Origin: Escherichia phage vB_EcoM_E9.1
Strand: one strand, 5' to 3'
Sequence record: PP886230
Length of the DNA stretch: 64,000 bases
Shown here in pieces: positions 43,456 through 60,527 of the stretch (position 1 is the first letter of the stretch; each line of letters opens with the position of its first letter). A model generated the notes under the pieces. That model saw only the letters and a list, made by a program, of their open reading frames with translations, searched no databases and was not told the DNA's origin. The position numbers were made by a program, and so were the translations under genes.

Positions 43456-44037
43456 ATGGCACAACAACAAATTGCTTTACAACAAGTAAGAACTGGTAAA
43501 CAGAGAGACTTACCTGATGCATTAGAAAAAGGTCAGATAGGATTCAGTACTGATGTGGGTCGTGTTTTTATTGGCCTTCCATCATCATCTGACCCCGCCA
43601 GCTTAGTTGCAGGTAGAACTTGGACTACTGATCCAAATTCAGGTAAAGAAAACGTAGAAATAATTACAGAATTTTCACCGTGGAGAACGGTATCAAAAAT
43701 AATTAACAGACCGTTTAAAGTTGATCTTCCACAAAATCAAGAAAGTATAGAAGTTATTCTTGAAAGTGAAAGTAGAGTATTCATCGATTATATTGCATAT
43801 GATGATACCGAAACGGTTTTGGAATCAGGAACTATTCAAATTGTAGCTGCTGGCACAAACACGATGATTGCACAGTCAAATAATACAAATAGAACTGACG
43901 CAATTATTTCTATCTCATTTGAAGATCCTGCATATGATTCTACAACTGGAAATATGCAATTTAACATAGTTAACTCGGATTATTTAAATTCAGGATATCA
44001 TATAGAATTTGTATATCGTGGGTGGGACAAACCTTAA
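43456..44037 (+). CDS. Hypothetical protein
   Basis: 193-aa ORF followed by a terminator. Confidence 0.6.
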   Translation: MAQQQIALQQVRTGKQRDLPDALEKGQIGFSTDVGRVFIGLPSSSDPASLVAGRTWTTDPNSGKENVEIITEFSPWRTVSKIINRPFKVDLPQNQESIEVILESESRVFIDYIAYDDTETVLESGTIQIVAAGTNTMIAQSNNTNRTDAIISISFEDPAYDSTTGNMQFNIVNSDYLNSGYHIEFVYRGWDKP

Positions 44038-44057
44038 AAGGCGTCCCGCCTTTTTCT
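44038..44057 (+). terminator. Rho-independent terminator
   Basis: aaggcg-tcc-cgcctt hairpin followed by ttttt. Confidence 0.7.
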
Positions 44058-44100
44058 TCCACTAAAAAAAGAAATTTACATCAAAAAACAAGGATGACAC

Positions 44101-46419
44101 ATGATTAACGTAACCAAGCGTAATGGAATGAAAGAGCCGTTATCATTGGATAAGATCCATCAAATTTTATTTTTCGCTGCTGAAGGTTTAAGTGGTATTT
44201 CAGTTTCTGAAATTGAAATCCGAGCACAACTTCAGTTTTATGAAGGTATTGAAACTAGTACTATTCATGATATTCTAATAAAAGCAGCAGCAGAACTTAT
44301 TTCTGAAGATACGCCTAACTATCAATACGTTGCTGGAAGATTATTAAACTATAGTATTCGTAAGCAAGTATATGGACAGTATGACCCAATTAAGTATACT
44401 GCTCATCTTCAAGAAATGGTAGATACTAAAATATATGATCCTGAAATTTTGGAGAAATATACTCTTCAAGAAATAGAAGAGCTTGGGCGTTATATCAAAC
44501 ATAAGCGTGACGACAAATTTACTTATGTTGCTATGCGTCAGTGGGAAGGAAAGTATCTTTATAAAAACCGAGTCACTAAGAAAATTTATGAAACCCCACA
44601 AATGGCATATATGACTATTGCAGCAATCATCTTTATGGAGTATGATCGTTCTGTACGTATGTCATATGTTAAAAAGTTTTATGACGCAGTAAGTAATTTT
44701 GACATCAGTCTTCCAACACCTATTATGGCAGGTCTACGTACTAATACACGTCAGTTTAGTTCTTGTGTAGTACTGAACGTTGGTGATAGTTTAGATAGCA
44801 TTGGTTCATCAAATCACGCTATTCTACGTTATATCTCACGCAAAGCTGGACTAGGTATTAATATGGGCCGCATTCGTGCTCTAGACTCTGAGATTCGTTC
44901 AGGTGATGCAGTACATACTGGGTTGATTCCTTTTATCGCAGCAACTGCTAAGACCGTTAAAAGCTGCTCACAGGGTGGTGTGCGTGGTGGTGCAGCAACT
45001 GTTCACTTTCCATTGTGGCATTTGGAATTTGATAACCTAGTTGTACTTAAAAATAACAAAGGTACAGAGTTTAACCGTGTACGTCAACTAGACTATTGTT
45101 TCCAAGTAAACAAAACTTTATATCAACGTTTGGTTGATGGAAAGAATATTACATTCTTTAGTCCTAATGAAGTCCCTGGGCTATATGAAGCATTCTGTTC
45201 TGACCAAAAAGAATTTGAAAAACTATATAAAAAATACGAAGCTGACCAAAGCATCCGTAAAAAATCCGTTCCTGCTGTGGAAGTATTCAGTACTCTAATG
45301 ACTGAACGTGCAGAAACTGGTCGTATCTATATTCAAAATATTGACCATGCAAACACTCACTCAACATTTGTTGAATCAATTGCACCAATCGAACAATCCA
45401 ACTTGTGTCAAGAAATCGCACTACCATCTGTGCCATTTGATGATATTAATACTGGTGAAGGTTTGATTAGCCTATGTACTTTGAGTGCAATTAACTGGGG
45501 TAACTTTGATAAACCAGAAGATATGGAAACTGCATGTGATCTTTCTGTTCGTGCTCTTGATTCACTATTGGACTATCAAGACTACCCAGTAGTTCATGCT
45601 GACCGAGCAACAAAAATGTATCGTCCACTAGGTGTTGGTATTATTAACTTTGCATACTTCCTTGCTAAACGTGGTTTACGTTATAATGAAGCAGCACTAG
45701 AAACAGTTAACGAGTGGGCTGAAGCATGGTCTTACTATCTAATTAAATCTTCTGTACAGCTTGCTAAAGAGAAAGGTAAGTGTGAAGGATTTGATAATCT
45801 AAAATATGCCAAAGGTATCCTTCCAATCGATACTTATAAATCGGACATTGATGAATTAGTAACTAAAGAACTAAAACAAGATTGGGAATCCTTACGTGCC
45901 GATATCAAAGAATATGGTATTCGTAACGCAACAACAATGGCATTAATGCCAGCAGAAACAAGTGCACAAATCAGTAACAGTACTAACGGTATTGAAAAGC
46001 CACGTTCTCTTGTAACGAAGAAACTATCTAAGGATGGTATTCTTAAACAAGTAGTTCCAGAAATCAATAAGTTGAAAAACAAATATGATTTACTATGGGA
46101 TCAGAAAGATAACATTGGTTATCTACAAATCTGTGGTGTTCTACAAAAATACATTGACCAAAGTATCAGTGTTAATACTAGTTATAACCCAATACACTTC
46201 CCTGATGGTAAGTTGCCAATGTCAACTCTTCTAACTGAACTTATGTATGCATATAAAGTTGGTTTGAAAAATCTTTATTATCATAATACAAATGATGGTT
46301 CAGATGAAGTAGACGTTGAAAAAGTACTGAAAGAAGCTGCCAAACCAGAATCTGGACAATTTGTATTACCATCACTTCCTGATTTGGATGAAGGTGATTG
46401 TGATAGTTGTAAAATCTAA
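44101..46419 (+). CDS. nrdA: Ribonucleotide reductase class Ia alpha subunit NrdA
   Basis: 772 aa; N-terminal ATP-cone-like region; C-terminal Cys pair (CDSCKI) typical of NrdA tails; followed by nrdB. Confidence 0.9.
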   Translation: MINVTKRNGMKEPLSLDKIHQILFFAAEGLSGISVSEIEIRAQLQFYEGIETSTIHDILIKAAAELISEDTPNYQYVAGRLLNYSIRKQVYGQYDPIKYTAHLQEMVDTKIYDPEILEKYTLQEIEELGRYIKHKRDDKFTYVAMRQWEGKYLYKNRVTKKIYETPQMAYMTIAAIIFMEYDRSVRMSYVKKFYDAVSNFDISLPTPIMAGLRTNTRQFSSCVVLNVGDSLDSIGSSNHAILRYISRKAGLGINMGRIRALDSEIRSGDAVHTGLIPFIAATAKTVKSCSQGGVRGGAATVHFPLWHLEFDNLVVLKNNKGTEFNRVRQLDYCFQVNKTLYQRLVDGKNITFFSPNEVPGLYEAFCSDQKEFEKLYKKYEADQSIRKKSVPAVEVFSTLMTERAETGRIYIQNIDHANTHSTFVESIAPIEQSNLCQEIALPSVPFDDINTGEGLISLCTLSAINWGNFDKPEDMETACDLSVRALDSLLDYQDYPVVHADRATKMYRPLGVGIINFAYFLAKRGLRYNEAALETVNEWAEAWSYYLIKSSVQLAKEKGKCEGFDNLKYAKGILPIDTYKSDIDELVTKELKQDWESLRADIKEYGIRNATTMALMPAETSAQISNSTNGIEKPRSLVTKKLSKDGILKQVVPEINKLKNKYDLLWDQKDNIGYLQICGVLQKYIDQSISVNTSYNPIHFPDGKLPMSTLLTELMYAYKVGLKNLYYHNTNDGSDEVDVEKVLKEAAKPESGQFVLPSLPDLDEGDCDSCKI

Positions 46420-46425
46420 TTTAAG

Positions 46426-46452
46426 ATCCCGCTTCGGCGGGATTATTATTTC
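46426..46452 (+). terminator. Rho-independent terminator after nrdA
   Basis: atcccgc-ttcg-gcgggat hairpin followed by tattatttc. Confidence 0.65.
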
Positions 46453-46473
46453 AAAATATATAAAGGAATATAT

Positions 46474-47598
46474 ATGTCAGTTTTCAAAATTAACGAGAAG
46501 TCTCACCTAGAAAAAAATATGTTTTTTGATGAAAGTGTTGATATCCAACGCTTTGAAAGTAACAAATACTCTACACTTGAAAAACTAACAGAGCAACAGA
46601 AAAGTTTCTTCTGGACTCCTGGTGAAGTTGACGTATCTAAAGATAAAATTGATTTTGCCAACCTTAATGATTCCGAGAAGCACATTTTTACCTCTAACTT
46701 GAAACGTCAAATTCTTCTTGATTCCGTACAAGGTCGTGGTCCAAACCTAATGTTACTTCCATATGCATCTCTACCTGAACTAGAGAACTTTATAGAGACA
46801 TGGGCATTCTTTGAAGGTGCGATTCATAGCAAATCATACACTCACATTATTCGTAACATTTATCCTAATCCATCTGAAGTATTTGATACTATGTTGGACA
46901 TTCCAGAAATCACAGATTGTGCGGCTGATGTTTCCAAATACTACGATGAACTTGATGTATTAGGAACTTTATACCGTGCATTGGGCGTTGGGACACATAC
47001 AATCAATGGTGAAACAGTTGAAATTAGTTTGTACGAACTAAAGAAAAAACTTTGGTTGTGTCTGAATAGTATTAACATTCTTGAAGGTGTTCGTTTTTAT
47101 GCAAGCTTTGCGTGTTCTTGGGCGTTTGCTGAAAACAATCTAATGGAAGGTAATGCTAAGATTATCCGTCTAATCTGTCGTGATGAAAACCTACACCTAG
47201 CAGCAACCCAAATGATTCTACGTCTTCTGAAAAAAGAAGATCCAGATATGGTAAAAATAGCAGAAGAGTGTTATGATGAAGTACTGGAAATGTTTATGTC
47301 TGCTATCCGTCAAGAAGAAGCTTGGGCAGACTTCCTCTTTAAAGATGGTTCAATCATTGGGCTGAATGCAGAAATCCTAAAACAATATGTTCGTTGGATT
47401 GGTTCTAAGCGTATGACTGCACTAGGAATTAAATGTCCATATACCGTATCTAAGAGTAACCCACTACCTTGGACTGAGCATTGGGTTAGTGGTGGTTCAG
47501 TACAAGTTGCACCACAAGAAACTGAAATAAGTTCTTATATCATTGGTGGTATTGTGAATGATATCCAAGTAGATACATTCACACCGTTCAAACTATAA
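46474..47598 (+). CDS. nrdB: Ribonucleotide reductase beta subunit NrdB
   Basis: Di-iron ligand block EGVRFYASFACSWAFAEN (compare E. coli EGIRFYVSFACSFAFAER). Confidence 0.9.
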   Translation: MSVFKINEKSHLEKNMFFDESVDIQRFESNKYSTLEKLTEQQKSFFWTPGEVDVSKDKIDFANLNDSEKHIFTSNLKRQILLDSVQGRGPNLMLLPYASLPELENFIETWAFFEGAIHSKSYTHIIRNIYPNPSEVFDTMLDIPEITDCAADVSKYYDELDVLGTLYRALGVGTHTINGETVEISLYELKKKLWLCLNSINILEGVRFYASFACSWAFAENNLMEGNAKIIRLICRDENLHLAATQMILRLLKKEDPDMVKIAEECYDEVLEMFMSAIRQEEAWADFLFKDGSIIGLNAEILKQYVRWIGSKRMTALGIKCPYTVSKSNPLPWTEHWVSGGSVQVAPQETEISSYIIGGIVNDIQVDTFTPFKL

Positions 47599-47611
47599 AT
47601 TCTAACTAACA

Positions 47612-47635
47612 GGGATTCTATGAATCCCTTTTCTT
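47612..47635 (+). terminator. Rho-independent terminator after nrdB
   Basis: gggattc-tat-gaatccc hairpin followed by ttttctt. Confidence 0.8.
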
Positions 47636-47648
47636 ATGGGTATAATAT

Positions 47649-49249
<1,601 letters not shown>

Positions 49250-49250
49250 T

Positions 49251-50687
<1,437 letters not shown>

Positions 50688-50772
50688 TGTTAATCTCCAA
50701 TCTTATTGTTATTTTTATAAAGTATTTACCCATTTTTACGTTTTACATAGTTTATATGGAGAAAGAAGTAAT

Positions 50773-52075
<1,303 letters not shown>

Positions 52076-52102
52076 CTTGAAATGTAAAAATCAGTCGAGG
52101 GA

Positions 52103-53446
52103 ATGATGAGTAAAATTAAGCTTACGGATAAGCAACAAGAAATCTTTGATGATTTTATAGATCGTGTTTACAACTATGCAGGTAAGACCATTTCGGTTTT
52201 GTCTGCCCCAGCAGGAACTGGAAAAACATTCACTACTGCTGAGATTGTAAAAGCACTATGTAAAAACTATAATATTGCAGTAACTTCACCTACACATAAA
52301 GCCAATGCTGTTATTCGTAATATGCTAATCAATAATGCTGGTCTTACTAAGGAAGATGCACAAGTTAGTACAATACACTCTTTTTTAGGACTAAAATTAG
52401 TATATGAAAAGAATCGTCAAGTACTGAAACATGATCCCCAAAGTAAAGTTAGTAATACTAACGTTGACATTCTTATTGTTGATGAGTGTAGTATGATTTC
52501 AGAAGAATTATTCCAACATATTCAGGATCAATTGTGGCGTGTCCGTCGAGCAGTTTTATTCATTGGTGATCGTTGTCAATTGCCCCCAGTTGAGTCCGAA
52601 GGTACAATGGGAGAGACTAAATTGTCTCCTACGTTTGATGTACCTGTTCAATATGAGTTAACTGAGGTTTTACGTCAAGCATTGGATAATCCGATTTTGG
52701 CAGTTGCAACTGCTATTCGAGAGTGTATTGGAACTAGTAAAAATCCATTTGATATTATGCATCAGACATATGGTTTAAGCACTATTACACCTATTGATGA
52801 TGAAGATTTATTTTTAGATGTTTATCGTGAATTTATTATGGAAAACAAGGGTTCATCTAAAAAAATATTTGATTTCGTAAATGAAAATAAAATCTTAGCA
52901 TATACTAACTATCGAGTTAATTTGGCTAATATTTACATTAGAAGTCAACTATTTGAAGTACCAGATGAATTTACTAAAGGTGAACCAATTGTTTTTGAAA
53001 GCATAACTGAGAATAGTCCATATGTAGTACAACAAATTATACAATGTCCTGAAGTGAAACGTGAAAGTTTTATGGGGATTGATTGTTGGCAATTCCGTTT
53101 ACCTAATGGTAGTTATATTTTAGGCGTAGGACCAGAAACAAGAATTGCAATGGACGAAAAACTAGATAAACTTGTTAAGGATATTGAGAAAAAAGAAATA
53201 AATCCATTGACAAAGAAACCATATATGTGGCAGGATTACTATGTAATAAAGAATAAATTGCATATTATCAATTATCCTTACGCAACAACTGTTCATAAAT
53301 CGCAAGGAAGTACTTTTGATAACATTTGGTTTGATACTGATTTTATTGAACGTATTGGTACAAATGATACTAAGTGTAGAATTTTATACACTGCCATGAC
53401 ACGTCCACGTTATAGTGTTATGTTGAGACAAAATGCACGATTCTAA
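52103..53446 (+). CDS. dda: SF1B helicase Dda
   Basis: Motifs SAPAGTGKTF, TSPTHKANA, STIHSFL, ILIVDECSM, TTVHKSQGSTFD, LYTAMTRPR parallel T4 Dda (GPAGTGKTT, AAPTHAAKK, STIHSIL, VLICDEVSM, TFHKAQGMSVD, LYVGVTRGR). Confidence 0.9.
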   Translation: MMSKIKLTDKQQEIFDDFIDRVYNYAGKTISVLSAPAGTGKTFTTAEIVKALCKNYNIAVTSPTHKANAVIRNMLINNAGLTKEDAQVSTIHSFLGLKLVYEKNRQVLKHDPQSKVSNTNVDILIVDECSMISEELFQHIQDQLWRVRRAVLFIGDRCQLPPVESEGTMGETKLSPTFDVPVQYELTEVLRQALDNPILAVATAIRECIGTSKNPFDIMHQTYGLSTITPIDDEDLFLDVYREFIMENKGSSKKIFDFVNENKILAYTNYRVNLANIYIRSQLFEVPDEFTKGEPIVFESITENSPYVVQQIIQCPEVKRESFMGIDCWQFRLPNGSYILGVGPETRIAMDEKLDKLVKDIEKKEINPLTKKPYMWQDYYVIKNKLHIINYPYATTVHKSQGSTFDNIWFDTDFIERIGTNDTKCRILYTAMTRPRYSVMLRQNARF

Positions 53447-53529
53447 AAGACTAAATGTTATACGTAAATATTTTTGATTTTTAATAATAAATAATCAAAA
53501 GTGTTTTGTATTATGGAGAAGAATATACA

Positions 53530-54096
53530 ATGAACAATTTACTACAAGTATTTAAAATTGAAGTTGCAGGGACGAACCTAGATAATATCCCATATTATAT
53601 GTATGGTGATTATGATTCATCTTCCCCAACAACCGCACCGACTGACCAGCAAACTATTGATAAGTCAATTGCACTTTTGCGTTACCTACAACTTTCTCGT
53701 TTGCTTTCAACTTATTCAGTACCAGTTTATAGCAATGTTGAATTTGCTACACCAGGAACTGCAAAAACGATTCCAACTGGTGCAACAATCACCGTTGGAT
53801 ATATTAGTTATCAACCTTTTCTTAGTACTTTGAGTGTTGCAGAACAAGCAGCACTAACTACTGAAGATATGAAAACAGCAAAAGCTGCTGAGATTATCCA
53901 AACACTAATCAATGATTCATTGAAAGGTAATGGCACTAATGCACTAGAAAATGAAGAAATTACTGTACAAAAAACCATACAACGTATCAAGAATGCTCTT
54001 ACTACGAGTACTGTTGATTTCATTGAGTATGAGAACGTGTATCTTAATGTTCCTTCTGTTTCTGATGCATCTGTAGTATCTTACGTTAAATTATAA
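53530..54096 (+). CDS. Hypothetical protein
   Basis: ORF; start 53506 or 53530. Confidence 0.55.
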   Translation: MNNLLQVFKIEVAGTNLDNIPYYMYGDYDSSSPTTAPTDQQTIDKSIALLRYLQLSRLLSTYSVPVYSNVEFATPGTAKTIPTGATITVGYISYQPFLSTLSVAEQAALTTEDMKTAKAAEIIQTLINDSLKGNGTNALENEEITVQKTIQRIKNALTTSTVDFIEYENVYLNVPSVSDASVVSYVKL

Positions 54097-54119
54097 TTTT
54101 ATAACATGGAGTTCTTGAC

Positions 54120-54314
54120 ATGACTGACAAAACATTTTATGATCGTATTATTGAAGACAAGGGAGTTTTTGATAAGGTAGTTTATGACCTAGAACTTATG
54201 ATCAAAGACGCACCGAACCCCCGTGTGCGAACCCAAGCAGAATTTGCAAAAACTTATCTTGTTCAAGTTCAAGCAATCTGTGAAGCAATTAAAAAACACA
54301 ATGATAGTGCTTGA
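54120..54314 (+). CDS. Hypothetical small protein
   Basis: 64-aa ORF; its 3' end overlaps the -35 box of the downstream promoter. Confidence 0.5.
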   Translation: MTDKTFYDRIIEDKGVFDKVVYDLELMIKDAPNPRVRTQAEFAKTYLVQVQAICEAIKKHNDSA

Positions 54315-54339
54315 CAGAACTAATGTTCTATCCTATAAT
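54311..54339 (+). promoter_or_regulatory. Consensus sigma70 promoter TTGACA-N17-TATAAT
   Basis: ttgaca 54311-54316, 17-nt spacer, tataat 54334-54339; about 45 nt upstream of the IF3-like gene. Confidence 0.75.
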
Positions 54340-54383
54340 TACTATCGAACAAAACATTAAAATCATATTGGAGCTTTTATTAC

Positions 54384-55446
<1,063 letters not shown>

Positions 55447-55461
55447 AATATAGACTTAAAA

Positions 55462-57623
<2,162 letters not shown>

Positions 57624-57624
<1 letters not shown>

Positions 57625-58415
57625 TGCCAAGTAAGAGTAAAAGTCAGGCTAAATTCTTCGCAGCCGCCGCACACAATCCAGAATTTGCAAAGAAAGCTGG
57701 AATTTCACAAAGTGCTGCTAAAGAATGGAATGCCGCTGATGAAAAGGAAGGAAATCTTAAAAAAAGTTCTAAACTTCCTAATAAAGTAAAAGAAGCAAGT
57801 ATGCGTAGTTTAGTCGATATTGTACAAGATGCAGAATTAGCTGATACAGACGACAGAACTTGTGATATAATGGATTCATGTGAAGACGACAAAGATAAGT
57901 TGGATGAAATGCCACAACGTTTCGATAGTTTTCAAGGTCAAGACCGAGACGAGTTTGTCGATAAAACTGCCGAAATGACAGGTAAGCACAACATGGTTAA
58001 GTTCGCAGAACATAAAGACTATGATGTATATATGAACAAAAACGGTACTGGATTTATCGCTTACGATAAGTCTGGTAAACAGCTTGCTATAGTTAGTGGG
58101 CATTTATCCAATGATGCAGTACTTGGTGTTCAAAACGTTTTTGAAATTGCCGCAACTGCATCTAAAACTGGAACTAAAGGTATAATTTATAATATTTTTA
58201 TGGATATGATATCACATGGTATTAAAGTTCTGAGTGATAGTCTGCATACTGATGATGCAATTAAATTCTGGACCCGTTTAATTGGTTCCCATCAAGTTTA
58301 TATTGTTGGTGGTGGTGAAGTACTTGCAAAGGCGAGTCCAGATAAGGTTCATAAGTACTGGAGTGATGATGAATCAAGTCCAAGTGCCGAACTTCAACTT
58401 ATGTTAGTAAAATAA
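57624..58415 (+). CDS. Hypothetical protein with DUF3008-like N-terminus
   Basis: MPSKSKSQAKFFAAAAHNPEFAKKAGISQSAAKEWNAAD resembles the MP-KSK-Q N-terminal pattern of DUF3008 proteins; ATGA overlap with upstream gene. Confidence 0.5.
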
Positions 58416-58421
58416 TAATAT

Positions 58422-58450
58422 ATCGGGACAAATTGTTCCGATATTTTTTT
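58422..58450 (+). terminator. Rho-independent terminator
   Basis: atcgggaca-aat-tgttccgat (one G-U) followed by atttttttg. Confidence 0.7.
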
Positions 58451-58478
58451 GAGACAAACAAAACATTGGTGATACAAT
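58451..58478 (+). promoter_or_regulatory. Sigma70-like promoter GAGACA-N16-TACAAT
   Basis: gagaca 58451-58456; tacaat 58473-58478; upstream of the topoisomerase genes. Confidence 0.55.
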
Positions 58479-58512
58479 GTTTTATGACAAAGAGACATGA
58501 TAAGGAATTCAA

Positions 58513-60477
58513 ATGGCTAAGAAAGAAAGTGCTGTTCTACAGGAACATGATGTTCAACGACTAAATGATTATCAACATGCTCGTTTGCGTACCGAGATGT
58601 ATCTTGGTTCTCGTTCAGTGCATGAAAGTCAAGTACTGATTTTTGGCGAATCAGGTTATGAGGTTAAGAACGTAGAATGGGTTCCTGCAATTCTTACTGC
58701 TACACGTGAAATTATTGATAACAGCTTAGATGAATTTAAAAAAGCTGGAACCAAAGAACCTGTTTTGAAAGTTGATTTCAATGAAGAAGAACTATCATTT
58801 GAAATTAGTGACAATGGACGTGGTATTCCAATTGATTATGTTCCAGAGTATCAGAAAAACTTGTGTACTATGGTAATGACTGAAACAAAAACAGGCCGTA
58901 ACTTTGACGATTCAAAACGTGATGAAACGATTGGTCAGAATGGTTTAGGTGGTTCTGTTGCAATGATTGTCAGTTCTAAGGCAGAGTTAGAAATTCATCG
59001 CCAAGGTCGTCCGTATAAAACACAAAGTAGTAATGATGGTTATGATGGGTTTTATAAGTTCAATCAGAAGTTTGAGGAAGGAACTATTATGTTCCCTGAG
59101 CTTCATGTACACGAACCTACTATTAGAAAGGTACAAACCGATAAAACTGGAACAACAATTCGTTTTACTTTGAGTAAAGAAGTTTTTCCAAACAGAAAAC
59201 TACCAACCGAATTACTTTATAGTATTCTTAAAGAAATGGCAGCAGCTAACCCAACTTATAAAATCTTTCTGAACGGGAAACGTATTGCTATTAAAGGAAA
59301 CACTGAAAAAGCACTCTTCAATGCATCTAAATTAATGCAGTTGAATGTTAAAGATGATTCATTCAATTTTAACAGTACTTTTTATATTGTTCCTAATGCA
59401 GTAGCTGGCATGAACACGAATTTCCATATGCATGGGTTGGTTAACAATGCTCCTGCATTTGATGGTGGTACACATCTTGATACATTCAAGAAATTCTTCT
59501 CACTCGGTGTAGGAACTGCACTAGAGAAAGAATCTAAGAAACGTAGGATGAAACCTAATCGTTCTGATATTGAAGAAGGTTTGTTGATTTATAATGTCAC
59601 AACTATGAAAGCACCTTCATTCAACTCACAGATTAAATCTAAACTAACTAATGAAAACGTAATCCGTCCAATTCAACAAGCTATGAGTACCGAATGGTTT
59701 GATGAATTAGTTAAGAAGAACAAAGAATGGGTTGATGAAATCTTCGAACGTTGTGCTGCCCGTACAAATAAGAAAGATGCAGAAGAAGATCGTCGCCTAG
59801 CAAAGAAACTTCTAAAAGGTAAAGTTGCAAAACTATTGGATAGTACTGGAACAGACCGTTCACAGTGTATTCTATTGATTGCAGAAGGTGACTCTGCAAT
59901 TTCCAACATGGCTAGTGCTCGTATACCAAGTATTCATGGTATTCTACCATTGCGTGGGAAAATTATGAACGTCAGTGGTACTGAGAAAACCAAAGAATTA
60001 ATGGATTCAATGGCTTTACATGATATAATGGCTAGTATCAACTTAGTTCCAGGTGTTAAAGCAGAACGTTCTGAACTAAACTATGGTAAGCTTTACATCT
60101 GTGCTGATGAAGATGAAGATGGGAAGAACATTGGTGCTCTAGTGTGTAACTTCTTATTTAAATTCTGGCCTGAATTGTTTCAAGACCCAGAAAATCCATT
60201 TGTGTATGTATTCAAAACACCATTTATCATTCTTGAGAAAGGTAAAGAATCAAAATACTACTATGGTCATAATGTGCATGAATATAACCCAGATGATTGG
60301 AAAGGCTGGAAAGCAACGCGTGCAAAAGGTTTAGGAACTTTAGAAAAAGCAAACTTCCGTGATGCATTCACTAATAGTGTTGCAGTAGCGATCACCGATG
60401 ATGGACGTCTTGGAGAAACTCTTGATTTGATTTTCAACAAGAAACGTGCAGATGATCGTAAGAACTGGATGGAATAA
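58513..60477 (+). CDS. gp39: DNA topoisomerase II large subunit (T4 gp39-like, GyrB-type ATPase plus Toprim, unsplit)
   Basis: GHKL ATPase motif REIIDNSLDE, GLGGSVA, Toprim LIAEGDSA; 654 aa covers the region that T4 splits between genes 39 and 60. Confidence 0.88.
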   Translation: MAKKESAVLQEHDVQRLNDYQHARLRTEMYLGSRSVHESQVLIFGESGYEVKNVEWVPAILTATREIIDNSLDEFKKAGTKEPVLKVDFNEEELSFEISDNGRGIPIDYVPEYQKNLCTMVMTETKTGRNFDDSKRDETIGQNGLGGSVAMIVSSKAELEIHRQGRPYKTQSSNDGYDGFYKFNQKFEEGTIMFPELHVHEPTIRKVQTDKTGTTIRFTLSKEVFPNRKLPTELLYSILKEMAAANPTYKIFLNGKRIAIKGNTEKALFNASKLMQLNVKDDSFNFNSTFYIVPNAVAGMNTNFHMHGLVNNAPAFDGGTHLDTFKKFFSLGVGTALEKESKKRRMKPNRSDIEEGLLIYNVTTMKAPSFNSQIKSKLTNENVIRPIQQAMSTEWFDELVKKNKEWVDEIFERCAARTNKKDAEEDRRLAKKLLKGKVAKLLDSTGTDRSQCILLIAEGDSAISNMASARIPSIHGILPLRGKIMNVSGTEKTKELMDSMALHDIMASINLVPGVKAERSELNYGKLYICADEDEDGKNIGALVCNFLFKFWPELFQDPENPFVYVFKTPFIILEKGKESKYYYGHNVHEYNPDDWKGWKATRAKGLGTLEKANFRDAFTNSVAVAITDDGRLGETLDLIFNKKRADDRKNWME

Positions 60478-60488
60478 TATAGACTAAT

Positions 60489-60511
60489 GGGGAACATGGT
60501 GTTCCCCTTTT
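60489..60511 (+). terminator. Rho-independent terminator
   Basis: ggggaaca-tgg-tgttcccc hairpin followed by tttt. Confidence 0.8.
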
Positions 60512-60527
60512 ACCAAGAGACAATGGA

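Noticed and set aside
44101-47598. Possible intein or group I intron in nrdA or nrdB, as occurs in some T-even phages
   Set aside because: Both ORFs are contiguous and of normal length (772 and 374 aa) with conserved motifs in order; no insertion-sized gap.
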